From contig OZ231126.1 of NCBI GenBank assembly GCA_965153355.1, forward strand, positions 23,064,001 through 23,128,000: 64,000 bases of DNA, in the 5' to 3' direction. A program made the translations under genes and the position numbers. The notes beneath the pieces are model-generated. The model was not told the origin of the DNA. It saw nothing but the letters and a program-made list of their open reading frames with translations, and did no database searches. The stretch comes from Flaccisagitta enflata (lineage: Eukaryota). Shown in pieces: positions 15,521 to 29,498 of the stretch. The first letter of the stretch is position 1. Each line of letters starts with the position of its first letter.

Positions 15521-16172
15521 AAGAAAAAAAAAGAGAAGAAAGAATGAGGCTTGGTTTTTGATCGAAAAAAAAAGAAAAAAAAAGGACAAAAGAAAGAATA
15601 GAAAAGAAACAAAATAAAGAAAGAAAAGACAGAATTGAAGGATTTATTAGGACTAGATTTGGCCTCGGAGGATTTAAGTGGAGGGGCAGCGAGAGACAGA
15701 GAGAGAGAAAATGGGAGAAAAAAAGGAGTTTGCGTGTCGGCGTCCCCTTAGAAAAAAAAGGACACATGAGAACAGAGATATTGGCTGTGTTGAGACTGTG
15801 TTGGGACCGTGTTGAGACTTTGTTGTGATTAACAGCACTACTTGAACTGATGGAGATTGCCGCTGTTATTGTAATAATGATGAAAAGAAATTTTAAGAAA
15901 GTTTAACTTGCTCCTTACAACTTGAAAGATTAGTTCATCTGATATGTACAAAGCAATCAGAGCAATTAATCTATTAAACGGAACGAGCGAACCATTCAAT
16001 GACTGTCTTGTCCTATTTTTAAACACAACCTGTCAGTGACAGAGAAAAAGAGAGGAATACTTCTAGAAGAGAGGATCTTAAGTCATTATGACCAAAAGTC
16101 AGTCTGAGACCCAGGATTCCCGTCTTATTATGTGTGTGTGGGGGGCACAAAGAGACTGGAAATTTCTTCTTT

Positions 16173-16725
16173 TTTGGGCAGCGGCCCCGAAGGGGACGAA
16201 GTCCTGTAGAACACAGGGGGAATCTGTCCGTCCGTACGTATGTCCGTCCGTCCCCCCCCCCCCGCCCCATTCTCAGGGCTTCGTCTCTTTTGGGGCCCAA
16301 ATCCAAGCAAAATGGCCCAAATCTAAGCAAAATGGCCCAAATCCAAGCAAAATGGCTGAAGTCTGGCTAGAAAACCCGAATTTTAGTCAAAATTCTATTA
16401 TTTTGGCCCCTAAGATCAGATCAGATGAGATCAGATTCTGGCCTCTAAAACCCTGATCCTAGCCTCAGAGATCTAGATCTTGATCTTTGTGACCCAGATT
16501 CTGGCCTCCAAGACCCAGGATCTGGTTTCAAGGCCCTAAATCCTGGCCTCAGAGACCCAAATCCTGGCCTCAGAGACTCAAACCCTGGCCTCTGAGACCA
16601 AGAAATTGGTCTCTGAGTCCCAAATTCTGGCGTCAGAGACCCAAATCCTGGCCTGCTCCCCCCTCAACTTAAATAACAAATTTCTCAAGAAGAGCAGGGG
16701 TACCCTTGTCCATATACTGCCTTTT
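16173..16725 (+). mobile_element. Family B asymmetric-inverted-repeat element (HINE-like), inner IR arm deleted
   Basis: Starts ttgggcagcggccccgaaggggacgaagtcctgtagaacacaggggg, then (GTCC)n, 20-bp and 21-bp tandem arrays and a degenerate tail. Reverse-complement homologue of 58410-59249. Confidence 0.8.
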
Positions 16726-17389
16726 GTCATTTCTCCATGTTATTCAAAGAGAGTTTGAATACTATCTTCGAAATGAAAATGTTGCAGCACATTTTGATCA
16801 ATTACTCATAAACGATTTAACCTAACTATAAAAAATTGGTGACCAAATTAAAGCTCTTCAAAATTCCAAGCCAGCTGTGCAATCCGCGTTCCTCTAACTT
16901 TGTTGGTTTAAAAACTATTTAACTTTTAACGAAAGGCTTGCTTTTGAAGGATTCTTAACTGGACCCCATTTCTTGTAACCTTTTCCATTCTAACAATCAT
17001 AAATCTTTTGTTTTTTGATGAATCTAGGAAAAATTGGTGACCAAAATGTAGAGTTTTTCAAGGGGCATCTTTTCTCCTTTTGACAAAACAAAATTGGTGC
17101 AGCCAATAAAAAGTTACGGTCACTCAAAGATAGGAAAAGTAAATATTGCTTTTTGCGCAAAAAGTTTTGAACGCTATCACTCCTCAAAGCTTCCTGAGGC
17201 TCTGTAAATTACTTCCCTGGCAAATGGCGGCAATAATTGAGCTAGGGGGAGCTTAAATCAATAATTGATCGATTTGCAGTTGTCTGGTTCATGTTGTTTA
17301 ATCAATTAAAGACCTAGAATCTTAGGTTGCAACATTTTTATTTCGAAGATAGTAATAGGGCTTCCTTGACAAAAGGAAGGCTGAGAGAA

Positions 17390-17552
17390 GGACGGACGGA
17401 CGGATGGACGGACGGACGGACAGATTCCCCCTGTGTTCTACAGGACTTCGTCCCCTTCGGGGCCGCTGCCCTGCTCACCCTCAACCTAAATCACATACTA
17501 CTCAAGCAGGGCACGGGTACCGCTGACCACTTACTGCCTTGGGGCTGCTATT
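17390..17552 (+). mobile_element. Family B element, right-end fragment
   Basis: (GGAC)n, the inner IR arm cccctgtgttctacaggacttcgtccccttcggggccgctgccc, and an ~80-bp tail matching 58410-58490. Confidence 0.8.
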
Positions 17553-18844
17553 TTCTTTTGTTTTTATATAAAGTGAGTTGTGTGGCTTAAAGGAGAATCG
17601 AAAATCCAGCTAGGCATAATTAGGCTATGATTGAGGCAGGTTGCGGTAGGGAGGGTCTCGATGACTGTACTCGCTTCTTTTTCCCCCATCGTGCCCCTCT
17701 TTCCAACTTCCTAAAGCCATCACTTCACAAGACTTCACAATCCTTACAAAATAACACAGTGGGATATCTTTAATCGAGACCATTAAAACAATTAAGCCTT
17801 TTTTTAAGGAAGGCAAACCCAAATTGAAAAGAAAGAAAAAAGCTTCGAAGAGTCATACAAATGGAAAAAGAGGGGAAAAAACAACAGAAAGAAGGAAATT
17901 GAGGCCACCCAGGCCGGGTCGATCTGCCTTCATGCGGCACCCTTCAGGAGTCAGAGGACATCAAAACTGCGGGGAACAGCCATAAAACAGTTAGATATTT
18001 GAACGAGGAGAAAAATCAGCTCTTTCTCTCTGTTTTTTTCTCTAAAGATAGACGCGTTGCAGAGGAAGAAACACTTAATCCCCCCAAATTTTTGCGAAGG
18101 ATTGGGCTCTGATCGAGTAACTTGCGCCAATAGGGATATGGTAAAAATTGAGGGAAAGAGGGGAGGGGATGACGTTGCCAAGTCACTGCACTTATTGCAA
18201 ACGACATGAAGTGGCTTCGTGAAGAGAAAAAGTCTGACAAGAACAGTAAATGGAAAGTGGGAGACAATCGCGCAAACGAATTTTCGTAAACGGGAGCCAT
18301 GGGAGTATAAGATATAGTGAGCATTGCTCATTGGCATGTTTGATAAGACACAATCCAAGTCATGATCAAAATAATTACTAGGAAATAAATGTTGACGAAC
18401 TTTGAAGAGTGCATGAGAATCATTACGAACATCTCAGAAATTTGAATGAAAGTCGATGAGTTATTAGACAAGATACAAAATGAAAAAAATTGGAATGACA
18501 CGAACAGGTCATTATATCTAATATCATTATTTATTGAGTTCTCGTTAAAAGTGTTTTTATTTCTGTCAGTATGCTTCATATGATATAACATTTAGTTTTA
18601 TTTCTACCGGACTCGATGTTTTGCATCAAGCCCATAAATAATCAAATCTTCATCCGGTTCAATGTCAATGCAACTCAATTCCGGTTCAGTGTCAATGCAA
18701 CTCAATTCCTTCTAAAAAAAACAGTTAATGAAAGCGTTGAACCTGAAATCATCTTATTCATTTTGTTGTGTTATTTACGTCTCTCTTTCTTCCTTGTCTC
18801 TCTATCTCTCTTTATCTGACTCTTCCTCTCTGTTTCAGTCTCTG

Positions 18845-18981
<137 letters not shown>

Positions 18982-19124
18982 GTAGGAGGAAGAAGAAATA
19001 ATAGACCCAAAAAAGAGTAAATGCGTGAGAAAAGTTGAGCAAACGGTGGATGAGACAGAAAACAAAAGCTATAAGTAAAAAGCAGCCAAGTAAGAAGTCG
19101 TATTGGCTTTTTGTGTGTGAGGGG

Positions 19125-19260
19125 CAAATGGCGACAAAAACGCCATTTGAGGACGATAGATGGCGCTAGATGGCGTATCGCCGGATCGTGATGACGTCAT
19201 TTCCGGCGTCGTCGTGGCGACCGGAACAACCGTAATAACCATGACAACGCATAACAACGA
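19125..19260. promoter_or_regulatory. CpG-rich motif cluster: CTCF-like x2, YY1/PHO-like inverted pair, CRE, ETS-like
   Basis: caaatggcg-N7-cgccatttg (19125-19149), tagatggcgctagatggcg (19157-19175), atgacgtcat (19191-19200), tttccgg. Confidence 0.4.
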
Positions 19261-19789
19261 CTGGAAGTCACCACTGAAACTATCGTGGCGGGGAAGTGTT
19301 GTACGGAAGAGTTAGAGAAAGAGAGAACATGGTACGAGATAAAATGGGGACGGCTGAAATGAGACTGAAATGGAGAGCCATCTTGTTTCCCAATTGATGA
19401 TTTGAACTTTAATGTGCATAAGTCAGTTTTAAGGATGTTGGTCTGTAAAAAATATACCCTGTTCTTTTTCCGTTTAAACATAACAAATTCATCACTGATA
19501 ATCAGTCGATGTATGAGTGATACATTCAGAATTTTCAGTTAAACATTTGAAGTTTGCGAAAGGGAAATCTATCCTTCATATTGCTCCGAAGATGAGATCC
19601 CACGTTTCATTTTGACAACTTCATCTCTTGATAAAAGGCGAACCGAAGCCATATTTCTCTAACTTTCCCTTCCTTCTTCCTCTCTTTTCTCCTCCTTCTC
19701 CTTGTCTTTCGTGTTGTCTTTCATCTTGTCTTTCTTCTTGTCTTTCTTCTTGTCTTACTTATTTTCTTCTTCATCTTTTATTCTTCATC

Positions 19790-20185
19790 TTCTCCTTCTT
19801 CTTCTTCTTCTTCTTCTTCTTCTTCTTCTTCTTCTTCTTCTTCTTCTTCTTCTTCTTTTTCTATATCATTCTTCTTCTTCTTCTTCTTCTTCTTCTTCTT
19901 CTTCTTCTTCTTCTTCTTCTTCTTCTTCTTCTTCTTCTTCTTCTTCTTCTTCTTCCTCTTCCTCTTCTTCTTCTTCTTCTCTTTCTTCATCTTCTCTTTC
20001 TTCTTCTCCTCCTTCATCTTCTCTTTCTTCTTCTCTTTCTTCATCTTCTCTTTCTTCTCTTTCTATTTCTTTTTCTATTTCTTCTTCTTCTTCTTCTTCT
20101 TCTTCTTCTTCTTCTTCTTCTTCTTCTTCTTCTTCTTCTTCTTCTCCTTCTTCATCCTCTTTTTCTCCTTCTTCTTCCTCTTCTC
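19790..20185. repeat. (CTT)n compound microsatellite
   Basis: Seen directly. Confidence 0.95.
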
Positions 20186-21502
20186 CAACTCCATTTCCAT
20201 ATTCCTCTAACTTCTTCACGCATCTCCTTTTCCTCATGGGACGCCTTCGCTGCCCCGACGCGCGGTCTTCATTCCTTCTCGCGCCCGGCAGTCATTATTC
20301 TTAAATTGAAAAATTTCAAGTGGCTTCATTCTGCCTTCAATTTCTTTCTGCCTTCAATTTCGTCTCCAGAAGACTCGCAAAGGAAAAACCCATAAAAGGA
20401 AAATAAAACCGAAATTGACGAAGGAATAAATTTGGCCGCCGCCTCCGCCGCCGCTACAACCGCCGCTACTGCCATCGCCGCTACCATCGCCGCTGCCATC
20501 GCCATTGCCACCGCCGCCACTATCACCGCCACTGTCACCACCGCCGCCACAGCCACCACGGTCGCTTCCCAACCGGTAACGGTGTAACTGTGATAGTGTG
20601 GTTGGTGAAAGACGAAGAGTAACTCGTCAACGAAGGGTATATGAGAGCGTTTGAGTACAGAGGATGAGCGGAGAACTAACTTAAAACCATGAAAAAACCT
20701 CCCAATAGGGTGTGAAAGGAACGTAGTCACAATACGAGTACTGTAAGACGGAAGGAACTTCATCCACACCAACTGTAGGCAACACGTCGAAGCAGGAAGA
20801 AGCAGGTCGCTAAAGCGTCATATGGTCGGCGGTTTCCCTTGCCCATTGTTTCTTTTCATTGTTACTCAATAACCACAAAATTGACCCGAGTGGAAACGTA
20901 GGTCAGCGGCCCCAAAAGGGCAAACCCATGGCGGCAAGAAAATATGTAAATAAGAAAATACGTATGCGTAAAGGACGAAATGAGTGATGAACAAATACTG
21001 TAGGTATCGAAACGCAGAGAAAGTAAAATAAAATAGTCCACTTGCGCCCTTATCCAACAGTCGTTGACATCATTCTATTTCTAGTCGAAGTGGAAAAAAA
21101 TGAACAAAAAGTGAAATGAAAGAAACAAGTCTTTCTAAAAAAAAAAGTGGCGTGATAAAGGCAGCAAAAGTGTTTTGATAGGCACTTCCTAGGGATCCAA
21201 TTCTCGCGATCTTTATCCTTCTCTTTAACGATCATCTGAGTGTGTAAAAACGCCTTCAACTTCAAACGATCGGAAGCAAAGAGGCGTTCTCGGTCGGTCT
21301 ACCATCTTTGCTTAACCCTCTTTTCATCTACCCTCTTTGTATCTTGACATTCTGTCAGCGCCATCAACTCCTTGCTGTTTTCTTCCCGTTACTCTTAGGC
21401 TGCCATATATCTGGGTTCTAACGCATGGGTCCTGGCTGGGTTTGATCTGATCCCCCCTCTTCTATTTTTCTTTTCAATCCTTCTCACTCAAAAACTCAAT
21501 CG

Positions 21503-21823
21503 TTTTTACGTTCACGCTTTATCGGCCCGTCCTTCCGTCTGTCCGTCACACTTTACTTTTTTAATATACTTTATGTTATTCATAGACATTCTAAACCATT
21601 CTAAGTCATTCTGAGTCATTCTAAGTCATTGTAAGTTATATTAGGTTATATTAAGCTACATTATGTCACTTCAGTCAATTTGGTCGATTAGGACGTTTAA
21701 GTCGTTTTAGGTCTTTCTAAGTCATTTAAAGTCTCCTTGAGTCATTTTAAGTCATCTTGAGTCATCTAATGTCATCTTAAGTTATATATGTCCCGCACGC
21801 GACTTAAAGGTGTTGGCTTTGTT
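21503..21823 (+). mobile_element. HINE-like element (family A) with degraded 5' palindrome and agtcattcta 10-mer array
   Basis: 3' end gcacgcgacttaaaggtgttggctttgtt nearly matches 44192-44220; same internal 10-mer. Confidence 0.75.
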
Positions 21824-22072
21824 TACTTTACATATCTTCGTATCCAACGTCTTTCATCACCCATCCGTTTCCACCTGTCTGTTCTCAACCAACCAACCAA
21901 CCAACTAAATCCACCCTCGTGTCTCTCTCTCTCCCACTCATCGCCCATTTCTGGGTTTCTCTCTCTCCCACCTATCGCCCATTTCTGGGTCTTTCTCCTC
22001 TTTAAAAGTTGCGCCTTAAAATTGTGCCACGACTCCCATGAGAGAAGGAAAAGGGGAGGGAGCCAAATACAG

Positions 22073-22128
<56 letters not shown>

Positions 22129-22560
22129 TTAAGTAGTAAAGGGGGCCGAGTTAGCGAGACCTCGAAGACTAGTTTTGGTGTAGTTTTGCAATTATCCCAA
22201 AATAGCATTGGTCTCCAGAGACTCATCACCTTCCTCATCTTCTAGAAAAAAAAAAGGAGAGGGAGAGCAAGAAAATGATGGAGGCTTAAAAAACATCGTT
22301 TTTCACTCAATCTCTTCAACATTCTTGACAACCAAAACACTCATATCATTGAGAGGTGCGCCTAAAAATACACTCCATCTCATGATTTAAATTCTTAGGA
22401 GGGCCCAAAAGTAATGCTAAAATCATGAGCCGTGGCATCCCAATCGGCAGCACGGCTTTCTTTTTCTAAATCTTCGACGATTTTCCTTTCTGTCTGTCTT
22501 TGTGCCTATCTGTCTTTCTGTCTGTCACGCTTTCTATCCGTCTTTGTCTCTCTCTGACTT

Positions 22561-22680
<120 letters not shown>

Positions 22681-23069
22681 CTTTTGCTTTCTTCTCCGTT
22701 CTATTCGTGCTCCACACAGCCAAACACACGTACATACACTCCAAGGTACTTCTCAGTCTCCAGGAAGAGAGCCAAAGAGTAAGAGAAAGAGAAAAAAAAT
22801 GAAAATGGTGTCTTAACTGGTGAGTAAAAAGGGTGGAATGATGAGAATGAGACTGTTAGAGAAGAGATTTGTCGACCCGAAAAGACTCGGTTAAAGCCTT
22901 AAAAGTCTCGGCAAAAGGCCTTTAAAGGCAGTCAACTCGGTGAGGCCGAGAATTTGAAGACCCTCGAGTCTAACTTGGACTGACAGCTACGACTCCACCG
23001 AGAGGCAAAAGGGGGAAACTCTTCTCTGCCTCTCACAGAAACGAATGCGGGAGGGAAACATGGGATGTG

Positions 23070-23182
<113 letters not shown>

Positions 23183-23720
23183 AAGGCAACACAGGAGGAC
23201 AAGGAGAAAAATAGAGGCTTTCTCTTGTTGAAAGGAAGACAATGAAGAGAAGCAAGAATGGCAATATCTCAGAGGAAAACCTTTTATAACGCTCTTTATC
23301 CTCTGTCTTCGTGAAACCCAAATTGGGTGGGAAATTTATTACTATGTATAGAGATATGGCGCGAAAACGTATTTCAAAATTATCAAACTCATCATTGGGT
23401 ATCTAAAAAAGATTTTGTCCTAATAAGGAATTCAGTCTTGCATATTGAAAATGCAAAAAACAGTAAAAGACGCACACTTAAGTGCCACATGAAGAGAAGA
23501 AAACGCAGCTAAGTGCAAATTCAATTCTGCCTCCTTCTTTCTTTATACAAGACAGATGGAACCAAGAAGGCTGAGAGACAAGAAAGAGAGAAAGAAAAAA
23601 GATTGCCCGTCACTTTCATGGACTGACATTTCTATGGGCCGGAAAAAAGGAGGAGAAAATCCATCGGAAATTGAAAAGAGACTCTCAATTTTGCTGGTAG
23701 TCTCCACATTCAAGCTGTAT

Positions 23721-23792
<72 letters not shown>

Positions 23793-24451
23793 TTGTGAGA
23801 CGGATCTGGAATTGATGAAGTCGAGATTTCTGTACCAAGACGGAATTTAAATGATACTTATTTCGCCAAAGTCAAAGGAAAAGTCAAATCAAAGACGGCA
23901 AAGCGTATAAAGGCGTAAAAAGAGAGAGTGGGCGAAGGAGGTGTGGCCAATTGGTCGGGGCGAGCGTGGAATGTGTAGTGACAATTGCTACAGACAAGAC
24001 GGGCGGGTTATGGCAAAGACAATTCGAGAAATCTTTGCAAGCAGCAATTGAAGTGTCAGCTGTTAGAGTGGCTATCTATGTATAACATGGTCGGGCTACC
24101 CAGTATCTAAGCTTCTGTTCAAGCAGTCTGTATCTCTGCCTCTCCGTTTCTCTGTCCACCTGACTGACGAAGAAACTCGAGCAAAGGAATGGAAGGCCAC
24201 GAAGTCGAGCAACATTGTCTGATTATTCTATACCATGGGAAAAGGTGATTAAGGTAAACGGTTGTTAAATCCCACCGTAACTAAAGTTGGTGTATTCTAT
24301 ATCTTGCGCGTTACTAAATAAGTAACGACATCTATGAAAAACGGGGAGCGCGTTTGAGCTTTTATGTATGATGCGTAGCATAGTTGATGATAAAGGTTAG
24401 GTAGCAATCATTCACACCCTTCATATCCATATCGTCATGAGAGGTTTCTGG

Positions 24452-24511
<60 letters not shown>

Positions 24512-24609
24512 CTGTTTTTTCTCCTTCGATGATGAAGCTGAAAGTGAGTCCCCAGAGTGAAATTTTGATGAGTGATTCAACGACTGACATCAGAGCCGAT
24601 CTTCTCCTT

Positions 24610-24830
24610 TCCTCGCCCCTCCTCTTACTTTTCCTGAATAACTCTTCTCACTTTTCTTTATTTTCCTCGCCACCCCCCTTCTCTTACTCGCACTCTTCCT
24701 CTTTCCTTGTCCCTCCTCTTACTTTTCCTGATTAACTCTTCTCGCTTTTCTTTATTTTCCTCGCCACCCCCCTTTTCTTACTCTCACTCTTCCTCTTTCC
24801 TTGCCCCTCCTCTTACTTTTCCTGATTATC
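24610..24830. repeat. 94-bp pyrimidine-rich tandem duplication (~2.3 units)
   Basis: cctcttacttttcctga at 24621, 24715 and 24809. Confidence 0.85.
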
Positions 24831-25433
24831 TCTTCTCTTCTCTGGTTTCATCTTGTAGAGAATTAAATAAACTTCATTTTCACCTAAAATTTTGTACCAT
24901 TCATTTCGTTTCTTCATTCTACAGAAAAAGTGAGTTTAAAAGTGCCTTATTGACCGGCAATGAAATTTACCCTTTTTGGCATTTTGAAAAATGAGTGTTG
25001 AACTTCAATCTTATGTCATTTCTAAACAACTTCAGTTACAAATTCCTGCTTGGTCTAGATTTGTAGAGTTTTTGAAGCTCTTTCAAATGCTCATATATTT
25101 TATGTAAAAAAGTATGACTGGTTTTTAATTAAATGATCAAAACTGACCGTCTACTTTTTTTTTGGCCATGTTTACCTTATTTCTTTTCCACCTTTTTTAC
25201 CTACATTCCCTTAAGTCAAAATTGTTTAAGTCTCTTCCTGCTCCCTCAGCTCTCTTTACTTTGTTTCTTACTTCTGTACTTTCTGTTTTCGACTGAAATT
25301 TGATGCAAAAGAATCATTTTTATTAGCCGACTTGTGCGGGTTAATTATGTTAACAACGTTGTACATGCAATCACTTAATGATAATCTCTCTGCTTCGCAG
25401 TTTCTCTCTACGTCATCATCTTTCAGCATCATT

Positions 25434-25507
<74 letters not shown>

Positions 25508-25582
25508 AGCCAAGGACAAAACCAACAACTGTGAGAACAGCCAACAGTTCAGCCAACACAAGGTCAACATTTGCCTAAAACA

Positions 25583-25707
<125 letters not shown>

Positions 25708-26016
25708 ATCTCATTTTTCTAGCCCTTGAAAGTCTGACTATTTGGTCATCCAGCCGTGACGTTGCAGTTGGCCCAAAGGGAACAAACAAAAAAGAGGAGG
25801 AGGAAAGGAAAAAGAAAGAAGATAAAGGCAATATAAGAGACTTCTCTTCTTTGCTTATCCACCATCAGAAGAAAAAAAATGTTGCGAGGCTGAGGAGCAG
25901 AAATAGAGGGCAAAAATTAGCCGAGATGGAGATTTGTGATATGTAGAAGAGTGGCACGGGTTTTGGGGCACATGACGTAACGTTTCATTGAAATGAAAAT
26001 GCGGTGCACTTTGCTT

Positions 26017-26056
<40 letters not shown>

Positions 26057-27130
26057 AAAATAACGTGGACCATTGATTAATGCAAACAGACAAAAAACGT
26101 CAGACATTGTAGAAATCGAGACTCATGACATTAAAAGAGTTAGGATATTAATCATAAAAACACTGATAGAATCGTAAGCCAATGAATAGCATAATTGGTC
26201 TCAATTGCCTAAAATTTCTATTTCTGAATTTGAACCCTCTTTTACGAGTTAACGGGCGTAAAAGCCTCTTGACAAGTTGCAACTTCCGGGAGAAATGATA
26301 TTCAATTCCGGTCTGGATGAGGAAGTGGCCCAACATTAACCGGCGGAGGACGGCCCATCTAATTCGGTATTTCATGTAGTGCAGTCAGTTGGTCTGTCGG
26401 TTGAAGTTTCATTACAGTGAGGGCAGAGCCAACTTATTTTCTTCTTTGACAACTCTAGTTTTTGCCGATTTCTTTTCAGTAGTTATGTTCTATTTTCTGC
26501 CTTTTCTAGCCAGTCGCCACTTGTAAGCGTAAGCGTAAGCACTAAGTATATTGTATGTATTCACACATAAGAAATGTGTAGCGAGTAACAGACAAAGAGA
26601 GCAAAAATCAAAGCACAAAATGACTACAAGTTAAGAACGGTAAAAGCGGAGATTAGCTTTACACAAAAAGTGAGGCAAGACAGCGAATAAGCGGAGAATC
26701 AATGCACATGGTGCAGCCTGTCAGAAATTTCTCTTGACGTAAGGGTACCCACCCGTTCTACTTTTTTTTCATCTTTCTCTGAAATTTTGTCCACCTTCCA
26801 ACAGTCGTGATCTTTTTTCAACCCTCCAACAGTCGTGACCTTTTTTCCCTTTTCGTCTTTCTCTTTTCACTTCCGGTTTCGAGGCGCAATAAAAAAGCGG
26901 CAAAAAAACCGATCATCGCTTCGCTCACAAAATGGAGAGAAGCAAAAAAGAAAAAAAAACGGAAAAGAAAAAAAAAGATGCCATCGAGGACGATATAAGG
27001 ATAAGAAGAAATGTGGAATGTGGACTTGTGGCGGTTGTGGCAATGATTACTGGTTGCAGTTGTGTTGGGGGTGGCGCAATTGTGGATTAAGAATGCAATA
27101 TTTGAAAGGACAGCTACACAGCGCAATCTG

Positions 27131-27798
27131 TAGTGATATTAGTCCCCCGGGAAAAGCCCCATTACATCCCCTGTTGACTTTTATTTCAAAAGTGAAAGGG
27201 GCTTTCTGAAAAATGTCAGTCTGAATCTGGGGAAGTCCCCTGGGGACATCCCCCGTTCATTCCTTAGAGTTTTTTTTTCATAAACTTTTAAAGGGGGATG
27301 TAACCAGGCTTTTCCAGATTTTAACTATTTTCTATCAGGGACATTGGGGTTTTTCCCCGGGGAAAAGCCCCGTTACATCTCCTTGTTAACTTTCATTTGA
27401 AAAATGAAAGAGGCTTGCTGAATAATGTCAAAGTCTGAATTCCAGGAAATCTTCTGGGGATATCCCCTGTTCAGTCCCCAGAGCTTTTTTTTCACAAATT
27501 TTTAAAGAGGGATACAACCGGGCTTTTCCAGATTTTAACTACTTTTTATCACAGATATTGGGGCTTTTCCCCGGGGAAAAGCCCCGTTACATCCCCTGTT
27601 AACTTTTGTTTGAAAATAGGCTTGCTGAAAAATGTCAAAGTCTGAATCCGGGGAAGTCCCCCAGGGATATCCCCCATTCAGCCCCCAGAGTCTTTTTCAC
27701 AAACTTTTAAAGGCGAATGTAACCGGGCTTTTCCAAGCTCAAACTACTTTTTATCGGGGACATCAGGGCTTTTCCCCCCGGGGGACTAATGTCCACTT
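27131..27798. mobile_element. MITE with TAGTG-type TIRs (hAT-like) holding three ~212-bp tandem units
   Basis: Left tagtgatattagtccccc, right ggggactaatgtccact. Units begin ggaaaagcccc at 27150, 27361 and 27575. Perfect 26-bp junction palindrome at 27560-27585. Confidence 0.75.
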
Positions 27799-27844
27799 TT
27801 TGTATTATAGATTGCGCTGTGAGCTAGTCGTTTTTTTTATGGCT

Positions 27845-27985
27845 AACAAGACCAAGTACGCCAATAGGTGCGCCAGGTGGATCGTCAAACGTTTTCGTGA
27901 CAGAGCAACTAACCTATCAACCGACGAACCAACCAACCGACCGGCCAACCAACCAACCAACCAACGGACACGAGCGGTTTAATAG
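27845..27985 (-). mobile_element. Truncated HINE-like element (ggtgcgcc subfamily)
   Basis: aacaag end, aggtgcgcc subterminal motif and (AACC)n; terminal palindrome lost. Confidence 0.55.
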
Positions 27986-28474
27986 AACGGGTAGTTGACA
28001 TGGTACATGGTACATGGTACTTATTTGTTTTATAAAGCAATGCTATGTTGTCCCAACAGTCATGCAATATGGATGCTGCAAATGCCGATATGAAATGCAG
28101 CATATATACTTAGGGAAAGTGACGGGGAACTACTCAAAGGGAGAATGCTTAAAGAACAACGTTTACATTCATTGCGGGGTCTGTCTTAGTTAGCTTATGA
28201 AATAATAGCTAATGAGGCGAAGGCGCTCCGTAATGAAGGAAGAAGTAAATAAAGCGATGAACCGATGAATGAATTTACGCGCCGGTTGGGAAGGTTGGAG
28301 GCGGCGTAGGAGTAGAGGAAAAGTGACACCTGGGAACGGTGGAGAGACAATAGCTTATCGCGAGCTGGACGGAAAAAGGATCGGGAAAGGGAAAAATACC
28401 CCAACTGGGATGGGTGAATGGAGGAAAAAGTGGGGGGATATGTGAATTTAAAGTAAGGGAATGATGTAGCAAGA

Positions 28475-29148
28475 AACAGGTCGCCCAAGGGCAATATGTG
28501 GTCAGCGATACCCATTGCCCTGCTTTGAGTGATTGTGAATTGGAGTGAGGGGAAGCAGGGCAGTGGCCCCGAAGGGGACGAAGTCCTGTAGAACACAGGG
28601 GGACTTTCGTTCGTCCTGTCTAAGGAAGTGAATGAGATGCTTTAGAGTGCTGACTGAAAGCCTTGAAGAGCCTTAACTGAGGTCTTAGAAGGCTGATGTA
28701 GGGCCTGAGAATGCCAATCGGAAGCTTGAGAGGGCTGACTTGAGGCTTGAGAGAGCTGGATTAAGGCTTGAAAGGTCAGAGACCTGAGAGGCCTAATTTG
28801 AGGCCTGAGAGGCCTAATTTGATGCCTGAGAGGCCAGGTTTGAGGTCTGGGAAACCTAATTTGAGGTCTGAGAGGCTGGATTTGAGGCCTGAGAGGCTGG
28901 ATTTGAGGCCTGAGAGGCTGGATTTTAGGCCTGAGAGGCTGGATTTGAGGCCTGAGAGGCTGGATTTGAGGCCTGAGAGACTGGATTTGAGGTCTCAAAG
29001 GCCAGATTTGAGGTCTCAGAGGCCAGATTTGAGGCCTGAAGGGTCTGATGAGGGGGCGGGGGGGGGGGGACAAATGCACGGAATGACGGACGAACGAAAG
29101 TCCCTCTGTGTTCCACAGGACTTCGTCCCCTTCGGGGCCGCTGCCCAA
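28475..29148 (-). mobile_element. Family B element, complete, with 21-bp tandem array
   Basis: IR arms at about 28558-28615 and 29089-29146, array (gaggcctgagaggctggattt)n, ~83-bp tail ending aacaggtcgccc. Confidence 0.85.
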
Positions 29149-29349
29149 AAAGGGAGAAAACAAAGGGGAAGGGGGAAAAAGATGACCTGCATGGAGAAAA
29201 AAATCTAACACCGAATGACTGACTGATCGTGAAAAAAATCATACTACATTGATTGGGTGCTCTTTTGAAAAGGGACTAAAGTCTTGAAACTAGACAAGAA
29301 ATGAGGAAAAGTGCGAGAAAAAAAGTTGAACAAAGCGAGAAAAAAAGAA

Positions 29350-29493
29350 AACAAGGCCGGATACACGGCAGGACAGTCGCGGACGATTGGGCAGGAGCAG
29401 TAATGCAAAAAATGCTCACAATTCAGAAATGTGACGGACGGACGGACGGACGGACCAACATGGCAAGGTGTAAAGTCGCGCGTCCGCGACTAA
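29350..29493 (-). mobile_element. Short HINE-like element (family A)
   Basis: aacaaggccggatacacggc...(GACG)n...agtcgcgcgtccgcgactaa; reverse-complement homologue of 41171-41326. Confidence 0.85.
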
Positions 29494-29498
29494 AAAGA

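Noticed and set aside
20326..20772. Poly-Ala/Val ORF as a possible Ubx-like C-terminal exon
   Set aside because: No homeodomain precedes it; it is a cryptic GCC/ACC triplet repeat like 8298-8480.
28642..29211. LRPQIQP heptad ORF resembling a repeat protein
   Set aside because: Translation of the 21-bp array within a family B element.
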